A DNA stretch of 64,000 nucleotides. Origin: Balanoglossus misakiensis (Eukaryota > Animalia > Hemichordata). Positions 1 through 14,285 of this stretch are shown piece after piece (the stretch's first letter is position 1; each line of letters begins with the position of its first letter). The stretch spans positions 12,274,286 to 12,338,285 of the forward strand of contig CM082581.2 of assembly GCA_040954595.2 (NCBI GenBank), given 5' to 3'. A program made the position numbers and the translations under genes. The notes under the pieces are model-generated. The model was not told where the DNA came from. It ran no database searches and saw nothing but the letters and a program-made list of their open reading frames with translations.

Positions 1-1539
1 TAAACCTGGAGAGACAGAACAATCTATGCTCAAATCTCATCAGGTTGAAAATGCTGTGATATCGTGAACATGATATAAATTGTGGGGTGTGATACTTTTA
101 TGCTGTTCTCTGAAATCGTATTGCTCTGGGTATTGTATGAGATAGATTTCTCTTATCACTCGTACAGTGCAAACTGTGCTGATTCCTGTGTACACATGCA
201 GGGATGAATATTTTAACGACCGACAGGTGAAGACACATTGTCTGAAGACTAGTTATGCATTCTGAATCATGTGATACCAAGTGGAATTATTCAGTACAAG
301 TCATGGCTATTCATACATTTGAATATACATCAGGTTTGCAGTTAGTGGAGAAATTTTGCATTTTTATTATTATACATATGGACATTTCAATAAAGGACAA
401 GAGTGGGATATAAAAATCAGTCCTATTTAGGAGGTGTTCATTCAATTTTTTTCTGAAGGGGGTGTGTGGTATTTTTTGTGGGAATCTCCAGTGAAGCTTC
501 TTGCTCTGTGTTTATTAACCATGCAAGGATGCATTTCTCTTCTAGAGTATTGTCACTCACAGTTTGATTGCCTAGTGAGTATAATTTAATTACTGGGGCA
601 AGGTGACTGTCCAATTCCAAATGGAATTGTAGTTCCACGGTTGTCGATCATTGTAATTGCTCTAGAGTTTATGTATACTGCAGGAGTGCTTTGATACTCA
701 CTGTGCATTATACTAATTGGGATAGTAGTCTGCCAATATTTATTATGTTTTCTGATAAATTAAATTCCCAATCTTAAAATTGAATAGAAAGCAACTTGTG
801 CTGGTATGTATTCATACATTACACTGTGCTAGTGTCTTATCAGCAACTATCAGGTTCACATGGGGACACCATTAGATATCTTGCTGGTTCAGTTGTTTCA
901 GTCTGTGAGATGTTGCCACCAATTCATGTATGTTTACAACTAACAGGGCAAATATAGGAACAAACCTGATCTAGTTTTTAACCAATGCATATGTGTATCT
1001 GAACGTCAAATATATAAATCCAATGAGTCTAAAAGTTGAACATATACCCACAGACACTCAAGGCTGATATAAATTGTCCAGCGTGAACCCCCTTTGAAAG
1101 CAAACGTGATTGCATTGTGTGTCAAGATGTTCAGTATAAACACACGCTTTGTTTATACATGCAGCTGGTTTCAGGAAATGAGCGTGCTATTTCTAGAAGT
1201 GTGTGATCGAACTCCTTTGAGCCTGATACAAGATGTGGTGACATACAGACCTCGGTGCTTAGACATCAAAAGTGAAACATTAACTCTGGTATTGTAACAA
1301 AATGCAATGTTTTCTTTTCCTGTCAGACAGTGGTTCATCTTGAAAGATCTTAAAACCTTTTGAGTAAATAGTGGAGATTTCTAAAATAATGTTTGGTAAC
1401 CTCTTGGGTAGAATTCGGAAGTGAAGATGCACCACTGAATTTAAAGCATACACATCCAGTGTGACAACACAAGAGAAACTCAAATATATTTTGTTTGATT
1501 TTTGCATATGCAGGTTGCACTGAAGTTACATTGAAACTC

Positions 1540-3307
1540 ATGGCACGTGTGTCGCTGACAAGAACTCTTCTGTTTATGCTGGTTGTGTCGTTCCTTGCCA
1601 CCCTCTACATCATGATTGCTTCAAACAGCTGCGAATGTGACCCGGTTGCCAATAACAAGATGCCCGGAAATTACAGGAAGTCGAGCAGGGATTTGAGTCC
1701 GGTCGTGGAGGACCGACAAGTGAATGGCATCAGGGTTGCCGTGGACGACATGATCCCCCAGCACCTTGACATTGACAATGACAACGTCATCAACGAAGAA
1801 TTTAGACACGGCGGGGAATTCCATGAAGATGATCATGAGGACGATGAAGGGGGTGATGATGACGCTGTGGACAGAGATGATTTGGAGGAAAATGATCCGC
1901 ATAAACTTGCTATAATCGTACCGTTTAGAGACAGACTTGAGGAACTCCTTGAATTTGCCCCATTTTTACATAAATATTTAAACCAACAAAATGTCAGACA
2001 TCATATATATGTTATACATCAAGTGGATGACCACAGGTAAGTAAGACTGATTTTAATATGATACATCATGAGGGTTTATGAAATCCTGATTCAGGTGACC
2101 TTTATCTCACCATAAGCCTCCAGGCAAGACGGATTGAAACAGCAATATTTGGTAATCAATCACATCATACATTCTATTTTGATTGGCTAGTTTGACAGGT
2201 GAATTCCAAGTGCATATTACCATCATTATCTCTGTCACATTTGTAGTACCGGTATTACTAATATATTTATCTTCTCTTCTCATTTTCAGGTTCAACAGAG
2301 CATCGCTTCTAAACGTTGGTTTTATCCACAGTAGGCCGTACTGCGACTATCTAGTTATGCATGATGTTGACCTTTTACCTTTAAACCCTGACCTCAAATA
2401 TTCCTACGAGATGGTGGAGAATGGACCACACCATATATCATCACCGGAACTCCATCCAAAGTATCATTATAAAACATTTGTAGGAGGTATTCTTATGATG
2501 AAAAATGAACATTTTGAAAAAGTAAGTAATATTCTGAGGTTGTTTCACGGAAGTGAGAATGCATGTTTTATAAATTCAAAACACCTATTGTTGGATGCCA
2601 AAAATCACTGTATAATAAACTAGAGTGACTTGAAAATTAAAGTTGATCCTCCAAACTTTATTGACAGACAAATGGTCTTTCTAATAAATATTGGGGATGG
2701 GGAAGAGAAGATGATGAATTCTATGTAAGGATGAAAGAAGCTGAACTTCAGGTATGGAAAGCACTTTGGTTATATTGATAACCCCCGTTTGATAAATCAT
2801 GGATTTTTGTGAAATTTACAAAGAAGACTTTTAAGTACAGCCTTCAATTTCATTTTGTATCTTTTACATCTTTTTCAGATATCCTATCCTGAGGGAATTG
2901 ACACAGGTTACAGCTCATTCAGACACATCCACAACAGTTCTAAGAGGAAAAGAGACAACAAGAGATATTTTAACCAAAAAGAGGTAAGGAAAGAACACAT
3001 TTGTTGTATACACATTTTGTTTGCTGGCCGAGATAACTTTCCTAATGCCCTAACGTGGCTCTTTCCTGAGCAGCTTCAAATGCACAGTAGACACTCCTAT
3101 TCATAAGTGAAATCTCATGTTGCTGACATTTTGTCAAAACAGGAATCAAGACGGCGGGATCGCTTGACGGGATTGGACACTGTTAGGTTCGAAGTCGTCA
3201 GCAAGTATGAACTTCAAATAGACGATGCCCCTGTCACTATGATAAATGTGTTACTGGAATGTGACAAGAACGTGACTCCATGGTGTGACATCCCAAAACC
3301 AGAATAG
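1540..3307 (+). CDS. B4GALT7: Beta-1,4-galactosyltransferase 7 (xylosylprotein galactosyltransferase I), 5 coding exons, about 360 aa
   Basis: Exons 1540-2036, 2290-2521, 2668-2751, 2879-2983, 3143-3307. All introns are GT-AG with consistent phases (1083 nt). The protein has an N-terminal type II TM helix and the motifs [36 protein letters not shown] (DxD), [10 protein letters not shown] and C-terminal TPWC. The acceptor at 1513 implies an upstream non-coding exon. Confidence 0.95.
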
Positions 3308-5246
3308 AACTTTGTCCGTGGCTGTTAATGGGATGAATGGTCAGAGCCATGGAGTGGTTAAGAGTCAGAATGGTTTTTCACAATGCGCACATGTCCGACA
3401 AGCTGCTAGAGCACGACAGTGAGATAAAGCTACTGATTTGCTGGAGAAGACCTTATTTTTATGCAAACTAGCTTGACCAAATAAAGATTAAGACTAGGAA
3501 AAATCTATTTATTGTTACCAGATCCATCCATTCATCTGTAATTATAGTTTCTTCTGAAAATTTACAGTCAGTTAGCTGTTGTACATTTTGGCAGCCATTG
3601 TAAGTTTAAAAAAAGGTGACATATCAAGGCTTCCTATTGACAGCAGATTTGGAAAACTTTTCATAGATACATGTGTACATGTAACTGTGTTCCAGTTTAA
3701 CAGGGTCAAAAGTATAGACAGTTGAATTCTTGGCAATAATTATTCAAAACTCAGCTCATAGTTACCAGCATTATTTGCTTATAATCTCTGAAAAAGACAT
3801 GGTTCTTGGTGTGTCCTGGACATTTCCAAAATTGGCAATTTTCTCCATGTCTGTAACCCATGACGACAGTGACTGTTTACAAATGTTAGATACACTGCCA
3901 GACTAGCATTAGCAGCTCATACAGAAACGAAATTCAGGTGTGTGGGTTTATTTAAATGAGATCTCAGTGGGAGAGCTCCTCACCTGAAGTGCAATCAGTT
4001 TTCCTTGTGGTGCCAAACAGGCCATGACCATGTTGAATCAAAGCAGAAAGAAATTTTACTGATCTGAACGGTTTTACAAAAAGACAAATAAATCTATATG
4101 GTACCAGAAAAATTCTGTCTGTCTGTCTCTCTATCTGTCTGTGTTTGTCTTGACCACTAGGATTTCATACTGGCCTTTCCTTGGTCTCAGAAACTGTCCA
4201 AAGAGGAAGTGAACTTGACATCGCAACTGTCATAACATGTACACACATACTGAAATATTCTGTTTAGAAGTAGCACACTTTATTTCACAAGCATAGCATT
4301 GCTTTATGGACGGATTTTTCAAAATATTCCTCCATAGAGAGGATGAAGAAATAGCACTGGAAACTGCAAGCAAGCTGAACATTTTGAAATTATACAGCAT
4401 AGATGGATTGGTGTGTGTTTATGTGTGTGTGAATATATTGCCTTTGCTTTAGTGTCTCGGCTTCATCATAATTCAACCCCCAAAATATTCAGCTTGTCTG
4501 CAATCTCTTGTCATATTGTTAAACAATATCAATGGATAGGCGGACGGAATGTAAAATATTTAGAGTGTTGCCTCCAAAGTTTGTCGCATTCTTTTCAAAC
4601 CAGGACTTATGAAATACATTTTGATATTAGGAATAAACTGTTTTAACCGCTGAGAAAACCCAGAAGAGGTTCATGAATGAAAACATCATGGCTGACACTG
4701 CAAAAATGATTCCCGACAAGGACACCTTGTGTGTCCAGACAGAATTGGCATTTTTTTTATGATACTGACAAATTGCTGGAAGGGAGAATTTGAAGAAAAG
4801 TCAAGTCATGATTTATGTGTTGTCAGGGGAATTCTCAAAACTAGTCAATATACAAGGCAGATTTCAGGAAATCTCTCATAAACTGTACAATCGAACCTCG
4901 TCCTATGAAGAAGGATTTCCATTCAATAACAAGATTCAATTTCATATATACACACTTGCAGTAAAATGATCAAATATACACAATACCTAAATGTGTAATC
5001 ATACCATTTTTAGAATGGCACACAAGTCTATTTTTGTACAAAGTAGGCACTTCAAAAGTTTATATATTTAATATATTTTGTACAGAAACATACTTCTGAA
5101 GAGTAAGATCCATGCACGGCAAAACAGTTATTTAAAAAAAAAGAAATATCAATGACCTTGTGAATCCCTGAATGATAATGCTGACTTCAAGGCATGCCTT
5201 GAGTTTTGGTTTTTGTTGTTAAAGTCACCATATTACCACTTTCTTC

Positions 5247-8200
5247 TCAAGACGGTGGGAAGAACACGGAAAAAGTTGCAAAGATAGGGAGTTTGAGGCC
5301 CTCCAAGGTGAGAATTTCACTTCGACTTGTTTTGCTTCCCAACCCGAATCTCTTGCTGAGTACGCCCGTTGTGAAGCTGTACACCTGACCCTTCACAAGG
5401 CATTGTACGCGGATACTGTATCGCACTTCCCGGTCTTGTCGTAGGGAGAATGTCTGTCGCTCGCATGCACGGAACGACAGTGTTGGATCATTTGGTTTTA
5501 ATCTCTGCAAAGATATAGCAGAAAATGAAATGCATGGTTTTACAGAATAGTAGTCTACAAGTGAAATTTTGAATCAGTTGAAATTATTCATGAAAACTAA
5601 AATGTCAAGTTCAAAGTCTCACCTGCATATAGAATTGATATGTACTGGCACCATTGCCCACTCTTGATGCTTTCATCTCAAAATGAAATCCATGGACGGA
5701 AAGGATCTCGGCATGATACTGTGGCTCCTATGAGTAGAGCAAAGAATGATTGAACTGTATGTTAGTCAAAAAACGTATGAGAATTTCAGTGATACTATGA
5801 CCTTAAACCTTTCTCCCCCAGTTCCTTCTTCAGAGGGCCAACCTTAACCTTATCATTATGAAAAGATGGAAAAAGGATACTAATTGTGACTGCTGTGTTT
5901 TCGTGAAGTACTGAGCCATACCTGATCAATGATAAACCCAGCCCGGATGGCATCTTTCTCAAAACTCATCATCATCGGCATATCACCACCTCCTTGCAGC
6001 TGAAAATGGAACCAATGAAATGAAGAATAAGAAATCTCTCTATAACGTCAATTTTGAAGATACTTTTCAAATAGACTCCTGTTTGCACTATGTTCAGAAT
6101 CATTTTAGCTGACAGTGTTTTTCAATAAAATATTAGTGAAACTCACAGCTTGATAGTGTAGATTCAGAGTCTTCAGAATCCATGCCTGTGGTATCACATT
6201 CATCTGTAACATGTCTTCAAGTTGCTTGGCTGTGTAAAGTGGAGGAAAAGATGATGATTTTAATACTAGATAGTAACAAAATTCTGGCAGAATAGAACGT
6301 TTGTAATGTCTGATTGTAAAGATAGGTCAACCTCAAAGTAAATTCCAGGGTACCGGGTAGGTCCTGCTAATTTTAAGTAAAAATGTTACTCTCCAGAATT
6401 TGGTTAACAAGAGACACAGAACCATGTGAATGGACTTACTATCAAGAATTCCATGTAATCTTATTGACATAAACAAGCCAGCAAATATCTGTCCAGCTTC
6501 TCTTTCCACATAGGCACTGCTTCTTGGTAAACTGAAAAAAATAGAAAATACACAACTCTAATCATAATCTGATCACAATCATGGTTCACTTACAGTGACT
6601 TGAAATGGGTCTTGTAACTGAAACGATCCAAGTGATTTTTACATACCTGTTGAAATATGTAAGGATAGTACTCATAGATGGCATTAACTGGATGTCAGGA
6701 TTTTTTTGCAGAAATATCCAATAACACAGGACCTTGTAAATGGCGTACTCATTGAAAATGAACAGCCTGGAAAAAAAGAAGAAGAAAATGTTACATTTCC
6801 AGATCTGACCTCTCTAAAAAAAACTCAGGCAAACCACAGACAATCCAATTTGTGAAATTATGTCCAAATTGAGAAATTTTGTCCACCAAACAATTCTGAA
6901 GTCATCCAAGACTTTGTGTTACCTGTTTGATTTGATGATTTTTTGCATGAGTTCCAACGGCAGCTCTCTCAGTTGTATCTGAACTGAAAGCTGAAAGAAA
7001 CAAAAATGAAAATAGGCGATCAAATTCATTGGTCTACACGGACTAGTCTATCTTAGTCGTCACAAGAGCATGGAGTAAATAAACAACATTCCCACATTGT
7101 CCTTTATACAGCAGTTTGGTGCTCCGCATCTTTTTCCCATCCGCCTTAGAAATACAAACACCAAAACTTACATTCGGAATCAGATTGAGTTCCAGCCACC
7201 TCTCACAAGCATTGACCACTAAACCAATTCCATACTGCAAAAGCAAGACAACAAAAGAAATCTGTGAATATGTTTCTATTATACACACAATGCATTTGTA
7301 TGTGTGTGTGTGTGTGTTGGGTTGGATGTGTGTCCCAGATATCACAGATTAGTATCATCCACACATCTACTATTTTTGTGTTTGATTGTGCAAATCCCAC
7401 TGCTTGGTTCAGAGTGCAAAATGCTATGACAAAAGATTTCACCATTCTCTATGAATGAGGGCGTCCTACAGTAGTTTCATGAATGGTTGACGGAACCACA
7501 CTTTGATCTCATGGATGTAAACTGTACCTTCATTGCCACGTGGTGGTAAGAACAGACAGATTTTGCGGATATCGACTGCAGCATCACTTCTGTACATCTA
7601 AAGTTGGAGAAAAGCACACCAATGAACATCATGACAACTTGTAAATAATATGGGGAGCAAATAAGTCATAACCACATGACCCACCAAGTAAAACCCTGAT
7701 TGGCTAGATCACCAGAGAGGCATTCTGTGACTTCACAAAGATAACTGTCTGCCAGCCAGCAAGTATTTTATGAATTAAGCACCAGAGGTTGACTCACTTT
7801 TTTTCCAAATCCTTAAACTTCAAGGCATACGCTGAGGCCGTTACTCCAACCACATCGTTTTCATCTACACTCAGTTCATCGTGGTACAGGTTACCTAGTG
7901 CAATAGCAAATGCTGCAAAAACAAAGGGATGCAAAGTTCAGTTAGCTACCTTTGAAAAATGTTATGTTATGAAAAGTGTACCTGTAACAACAGCATTTAA
8001 TATCAATCTCATTCATCTGTACTTATGCATCCAAATATCAAGATACAAATTGTACTACACTTTGTACATTCCCACGAAACTCACCTGGTTTGGTCACAAG
8101 AGTGTCTTTTATCTTCAGTTTCAGCCTCAGCATATTCTTGGTCCTTGCTTCCATGATGTATGCCGGGTCGTTAAGACTCCTTCTCCCGGATGTGGATGGT

Positions 8201-11200
8201 TTCCATTCCTCTGCCGCCGCCTTGACCTCTTGCATGTCCGTGGTGTTCAACCTGTGGCTGATCTCTTTATACTCAGCACTGTAGAAGCCACTCTTACCGA
8301 TGTAGTTGTCCACCATGGCTGCCAGTGGATCTCTGTAGTAACGCTGCTCTTTGGGTCCGTTCTCTGCATGCTGCAGTAGCTCGGCCAGTGTGGTTGATTT
8401 CTGAAGGTACGGTTTGTGGAGTTCCCAGTTTGTACCTAGACAACTCAACAGAACATCTGCAAAACAGAAACAAATGCTTCGACTGTTAACAGTTATTTCT
8501 CCAGCCACAGGACTCATCACAATCACACAGAACGTGGTCCTGTAATTAAAGTCTGGTTTTATTTACTTCGAACAATTGAGTTGGACCAAACCATGGTGGT
8601 GGAAGGGTTACAAAAGTGCAATTACCTGGTCCAAGCGGGCTCCTGCTGTTGACATCTTTGGAATGGTAATGGAATATATCAACAGGAGTGGGCGTTCTGG
8701 CTGTTGGTGGCATGTATTGATTTAGTGGCAGTGGACTGGAAAATAACAATGCAACCTTGGTTAAAACAGAGCTCTACTGAAACACTCAGAAGTGCGCTCA
8801 AAAACCACAAGACATCAAGTACAATCCAAAAAAGTGTGATTATTCAGACACATAATTGACATCCAACTGTAGACATTTATATCAATTTTCTTTGTACAAA
8901 AGTGACCTTGGTATATTAAGTTTGGGTTTTAAAAAATTCCAAGTCGACTTCACTAAACAATGCACAGGTGTAGTGTTTCTACAAAACCTGTAACAGAATA
9001 TCTTCTATGTTTGTAGGGACCTATGACATGACCAAGAACACAGCAACAGCTCAACTCAACCCAGGGCCAATCAAAGCAAACAAGTCTAGTAGTCTTGGCT
9101 TGATTTTGTGTATTTTAATTGCAAATGTTTCATTCACATCACTTTCAGTAACCACATGCAGGTCAATCTGACACTGAAAAAATCATGGTAAAGTTCTGGA
9201 AATGTCTCTATTAACTATTTAAAAAGCCGGGCAAGGGAATTTTAAAAACAACAATACACCAAAACACTTATCACCACCACACTGACTTCAATTGTGGAAA
9301 AAGCCAATTTTGACTTACAGAAATTTTATAGAAACTCAACAGTATTAGTCATAGCAGAAACAAAATTGGACACATACATGTTAGTACGAATGACAACACT
9401 GTCTTTCGGGAAAACAGACTAACAGATTTTACAGTGATAAAATAACACTGATTTAATCAAAGTCCTACAATGTGTTTCTTGTGTATTACCTTAACTTTCT
9501 ACTCATGGAAAAGTTTTTAGATAAAAATTAAAAACAAAACAACAATATCAGTGACTATCTGGACTGAAAATTACACAAAGTTTGGAGTCAAAACTGTAGA
9601 GCTACCTTTAGTTTGTTATGTGCAGCACCCCAAATGGTTGAGACAGAGCATTTGTCTATAATATTAATACCCAAACAATAATCATGTTTTTCTTTAGTTT
9701 TTCACTGTTATCAACAAGCAATGATTTATGATAAAGGAATCACTCTTTTATTTATGTACATAAAAGTTACCTTGGAAGTCTTCTTGGTCGTCCTGTTGTT
9801 GAATTTGGCGGAGTTTTGGGTTGAGATTCACGCACCCATTCCTGGCTGCTGAGTGGTCGACTGTGGCCCTCCTTGGAAGGAAACTGGTACGTCTTCTCAG
9901 CATCATGATTAACGGCTGTAGCTGGATATTCCGCTGCATCAAAGAAAGAAAAAAAAAATGATAGACTCACTTCCAATCTACAGGCTCATACACATTACAA
10001 TGACTCCATTGTTGATAATGGTGTGGTTGGAACTATCTACAGGGAAATTAGGGATAAAGGATTAAATATTTTGTAACTATTTTTTTCATCTTCATGACCT
10101 GAAAACTTTCAATCCAACAAACACTACTCTACTATAAAATTACAACATAACAACAACATCAGACAAAACAAACTTTCACACATTTTGAAATATTTTAATT
10201 ATTTTCTACCCTAAAACTTTAGGATAAAATGAGAAGTGATCAGAATATGTACCTTGATGAACTTTGGTGATGATGATGATGATGACAATAACATACACGT
10301 TGGTCTACTCTCTGAACATACATGCCATGAAAGTTAGAATTTAAAAGATAACAAGACAGATGTATGGAGAAAGAACATTATTAGTATCTGTTAATTTTTA
10401 ATATCTGTTTATAAAGAATAAGAGAGATGATGAGTGTGAGTATAATATAATTGATTGTGAGATGTGAAGCACACACAGGATATTAAAACATGACATTAGA
10501 TTTTTATGAAGTGTTGGACTTAACATATGGTTATAATTAGTTAATTCATGTACTGTACTACGGAACATATCTAACATGGATTATTAGTAAATAACTGAAC
10601 AAAGTTTGTTAGAGAGAGATACATATATGAGTTTGAGTTAAGCCTACTTCTTGTGTTTCCCCTGGAATAGAAAATCCTGAAAACATGTTTTTTATAGAGT
10701 GTGTGTTGATAACTATTCATACCTGCCACAATATTCATCAGTGTCCTGTTGTAAGGGACTTCTAAAGATTTCAAAGCCTGCGACGTTCCTAACAGATCGC
10801 CGCCAAGAGATTCCGGCAAACGCCATCTGTTGGTACTACCGACCTGTTTACGAACCCGGCATCTTGGAGACACTGGATACTGTAGAAGAAATGGTAAGGT
10901 GTCTTATGAGAATTAAATATTTGGATTTAACTACAACTTATTAGAATACCCCTTTAGACCTGGTATGGAAATGGTATAAATGAATCAAAATGTGGTATTC
11001 AAAGGCTTATCGTTGTTAGAGCAAAGTTAAACCAGAGACTACAGTTCTGAAATGCCTATGACAACCTGGACGATCATTTGTATTTTAAGGGCTTACCATA
11101 CTGCAAGTATACATATCTGTTTTTAATACTGACCAATGAGTCACATGGCTTCGCAAACATTTAAAGATATTATTAAAACAAGATAAAATAGTCCATTCAT

Positions 11201-12571
11201 TCCTTCACCAAAGCTATGCTAATATCATACAACCCTTTAGTCCAATTTCAAAGTCAAACCCACTTGACTGCAGGTGGCTGAACCTAGTAAATATTTGTAC
11301 ATGTATCACAGAGGTATTTGCTCCTTTTCTAAATCACTATGCCTGAAGAATAAACATATCTGTGTTGCCAAGACCTGAATCCATAGATGGATATCAAATC
11401 TTTCGGGGCATTTTTGGGTAGTTATCGTGAGTGTGCCACTCCAGTACGTCAATTGACTTTCAAGTGACTGGCCAGCACTGGTAGAGACCAAGTTTATCTA
11501 AAATAACAGACCATAAATTAACTACACATATCACATATCAAATATATCAACCCATTGCCGTAGAGGTCATTTTAATTAATGATCACATTTCACTTACCCG
11601 TATAGGGTGTCTTCCATCCACTACAACACCAGATAAGGCAGTCACTGGAGCATCTTGCATTGCTCTGTTGTGCATCAAAGAGAGACAAAGATGAGTATCA
11701 CTCGCAAGAATGCCTTACTGCAAAGGTCTACATACTCTTTTGAATGTAACTGGGCAGGTGAATGCTATCCACAGGTGAATGCAAAAAAAGGATCATTGTT
11801 GACATGGGTGATGTAAAAAGACTGACTTTACAATGCCTACAGGCAAATCAACATTTATCAATGCACTGGCAGACAATACACTCACTGTGTAAGTCTGTGC
11901 AATACTCGCCAACTTTGAAGGGTTTTCACATTATTCAAGATTGCCTCCTTGATATCCAGTGCGTAGTAAAGTGCCTTCTCTCTTATATTGTACATGTATA
12001 AAACATCACTCTTCGGACCTATACAATAGGTGTGAAGAGTGACGTTTTGACACTGATAATGCAAACCGTGAAGACAGTTATACCAACTCAAACAATCAAT
12101 GCGGATGGCGTTCAGTAATACTGAACCTACTGCTGTTGTAAAGTCACTGGTCCCCTTTCCTCTGTATTTGAGGCAGAGGGGAACGACCATATTCACTCAT
12201 TGAGCCGGGCATGCGAGGAACAGTAGCAGACCGTTAACTAAACTTGCTAAACAAGCACAAATACTCAAATTCGCAGAATAAACTTGCTGACAGATTAACG
12301 TTCCACTAAGTTTGTTCTGGGTAAATAAACACCGAACTCGTTGCCTCTCACTCCTCCCCCACACAGTGGCACAGAGCAACATCACAGATTCAAATAGCTG
12401 ATAAAAATAACGCCTCTTAAGTTTTCACTTGACTGGTTTGCAGGGAATACCTATGGCTTACCTCGGATATGCTGCCGCATCTCTGTGCATCGGTGGTGGT
12501 ATGGATGGAAGATACAAGGTAGTAAACCTAGGTGCTGGAGAGTAGCTCAGTGGTGATACATCAGCCGCCAT
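5247..12571 (-). CDS. BTBD16: BTB/POZ domain-containing protein 16-like (germ cell-less-related BTB-BACK), 16 coding exons, about 676 aa
   Basis: Exons (minus) 12571-12462, 11664-11598, 10879-10723, 9933-9771, 8735-8626, 8456-8085, 7912-7798, 7597-7528, 7234-7172, 6990-6923, 6766-6647, 6531-6440, 6229-6147, 5999-5922, 5727-5623, 5504-5247. All GT-AG, total 2031 nt. Motifs GSTNRWRLP..GDLL, DVLLSCLGTNWELHKPYL, AFAIALGNLY, CERWLELNLIP, IRLHGI, LQGGGDM and IFATFSVFFPPS match BTBD16 as I recall it. The first two exons are less certain. Confidence 0.88.
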
Positions 12572-12808
12572 TTTCGCTTCTGCGATACATCTCTAAGCAG
12601 TGCCGCTTAACTCACTACACTTCCGCAAACTAAAATAACCCCCGGAAAATACGTTTTTAAATGTGTTGGAAATGTCACTAAACGCGAGTGAATGGAGTTA
12701 GATGCCTTTAAATGGACTTACTTGACGAAAAAGTAATATGATTACAAGAAATATCTTGTTGCTACCATATTTCTTTAAATATCCGCCTGAACTTGGTGAT
12801 TCGGTCCA

Positions 12809-12823
12809 GTTGCTAGGGTAAAC
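12809..12823. promoter_or_regulatory. RFX X-box-like motif about 240 bp upstream of the BTBD16 ATG
   Basis: GTTGCTAGGGTAAAC resembles the RFX consensus GTTRCYNNNRGYAAC; this is a motif match only. Confidence 0.3.
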
Positions 12824-14049
12824 TATTTTATTCATGTGCCCTCGACTAGACATGTTGTTCTCGATTGAATGGCAGTCACGTACGAAAAGGCTGCACAATG
12901 GTCATTAATTTGTCCTGTCCTTTCAATGAGCATCGTCCAAATGTAATCCCCATTGTATTCAGAGGTGATTATATCGAAAATCGATGTCGTGTAATAATTC
13001 TCTGACAATGGGGCAGGCAACTAACACGATCCCCGGGCCTGGTCGTACTGAGGCATCCGTGTAGGCCTAGGGCCTACGTGTGGTGGTAGCCTACTTGTGA
13101 GCCCGGCCGACAGTAAAGAGTTTACATCGTTATTATAAACCTCGTAGGCCTGTCAACTTCTATACGAAATGCGAGAAATGCAAAGTTGTGCCCACACAAA
13201 TCTTTTTGAAACTAGTTATGTGTATTGCCCCAGGTATGAATGGCATCATGTACTTGTAGGGATTCTTACGGGTTGAAAATCAAGTGCTACTTACTGCCAA
13301 AGTGGTACTAAAATGTGTACGTAATATGCTTTGAAATTTTTAAGATTTGGGAGAATTCGAGTTTATCAGCATTTTCCAGTATTGGTATATAGAAATCTTA
13401 GCGGTGGGTGTGTGTTTGATGAAACTGCATCTCTCCAAATCCCAATCATCCTCACATACGCATATCCCCACTGGGAGAGAAAACAAACACCACCACTGGT
13501 AAGTTGTAGTCTGGATTTTTATTAATTTTAGTAAATAATAATTATATTGGCAGAAAAAAATGACAATTTCTAGAAGGTAGCTACAAAATCCAATTTTGTA
13601 ATTATTTAAATCCACAAGGAACACCTAGAGGTTGACAGCTGAAACTTACGAGAGAAGATCGTCAAGTACCACAACTCAGTTGATGTCATACTTGGAGGTG
13701 TGGACTTGCATGCTACATGACTTGTTCTGTACGCTGTAGGTCCAAGTTTAAATCTCATAAAACACAAGTTGAGAGGAAGGAATGGAAGTCAATTCCTGAT
13801 AAAACCAGAAATAAGACAGTACAACATTGTTATGCAGCATGATCATAATTAGCAACTGATCATGCTTCAAAGAATTCTCTCGCATAACTGCTTGTAAGTG
13901 AAAGCAAAAACTGAATCAATTCTTTCATACAACAACCACATGAATAACTATAAAGCAGATCATAATATTCAGCACATTACTAGCACAAAGTGGAAAATCT
14001 CACAATACGAATTGTAGTATGGACAAGGTAAATTATTTTTTCATGTATA

Positions 14050-14055
14050 TTTATT
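14050..14055 (-). terminator. Likely polyadenylation signal of eIF3a
   Basis: AATAAA on the minus strand about 230 nt after the stop codon at 14286. Confidence 0.45.
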
Positions 14056-14285
14056 CATAAACAAATACACTGCCTTTTTCCCTTACTGTTCAAAATACTT
14101 CTAAGCAAAAAGAAAAGAAAGTAAGAAAAAGTAAACGTTCTACAGAAAGCCACTACTACAAATAGCAATAATCTATTAATTCTAGTCCAGACATCTTCAT
14201 TATTCCCCCACGAAATTTAAAGGATTCTAAATGGAATTGAGCTACTTATTTGGGGGAACTAATGACCTCACATTGACACGTTTGT

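Noticed and set aside
3308-5246. Overlapping convergent 3' UTRs of B4GALT7 and BTBD16
   Set aside because: Several AATAAA signals occur on both strands, and which ones are used cannot be determined from sequence alone.
7789-8379. 196-aa plus-strand ORF
   Set aside because: It is antisense to BTBD16 exons, has a TTG start and shows no protein motif.
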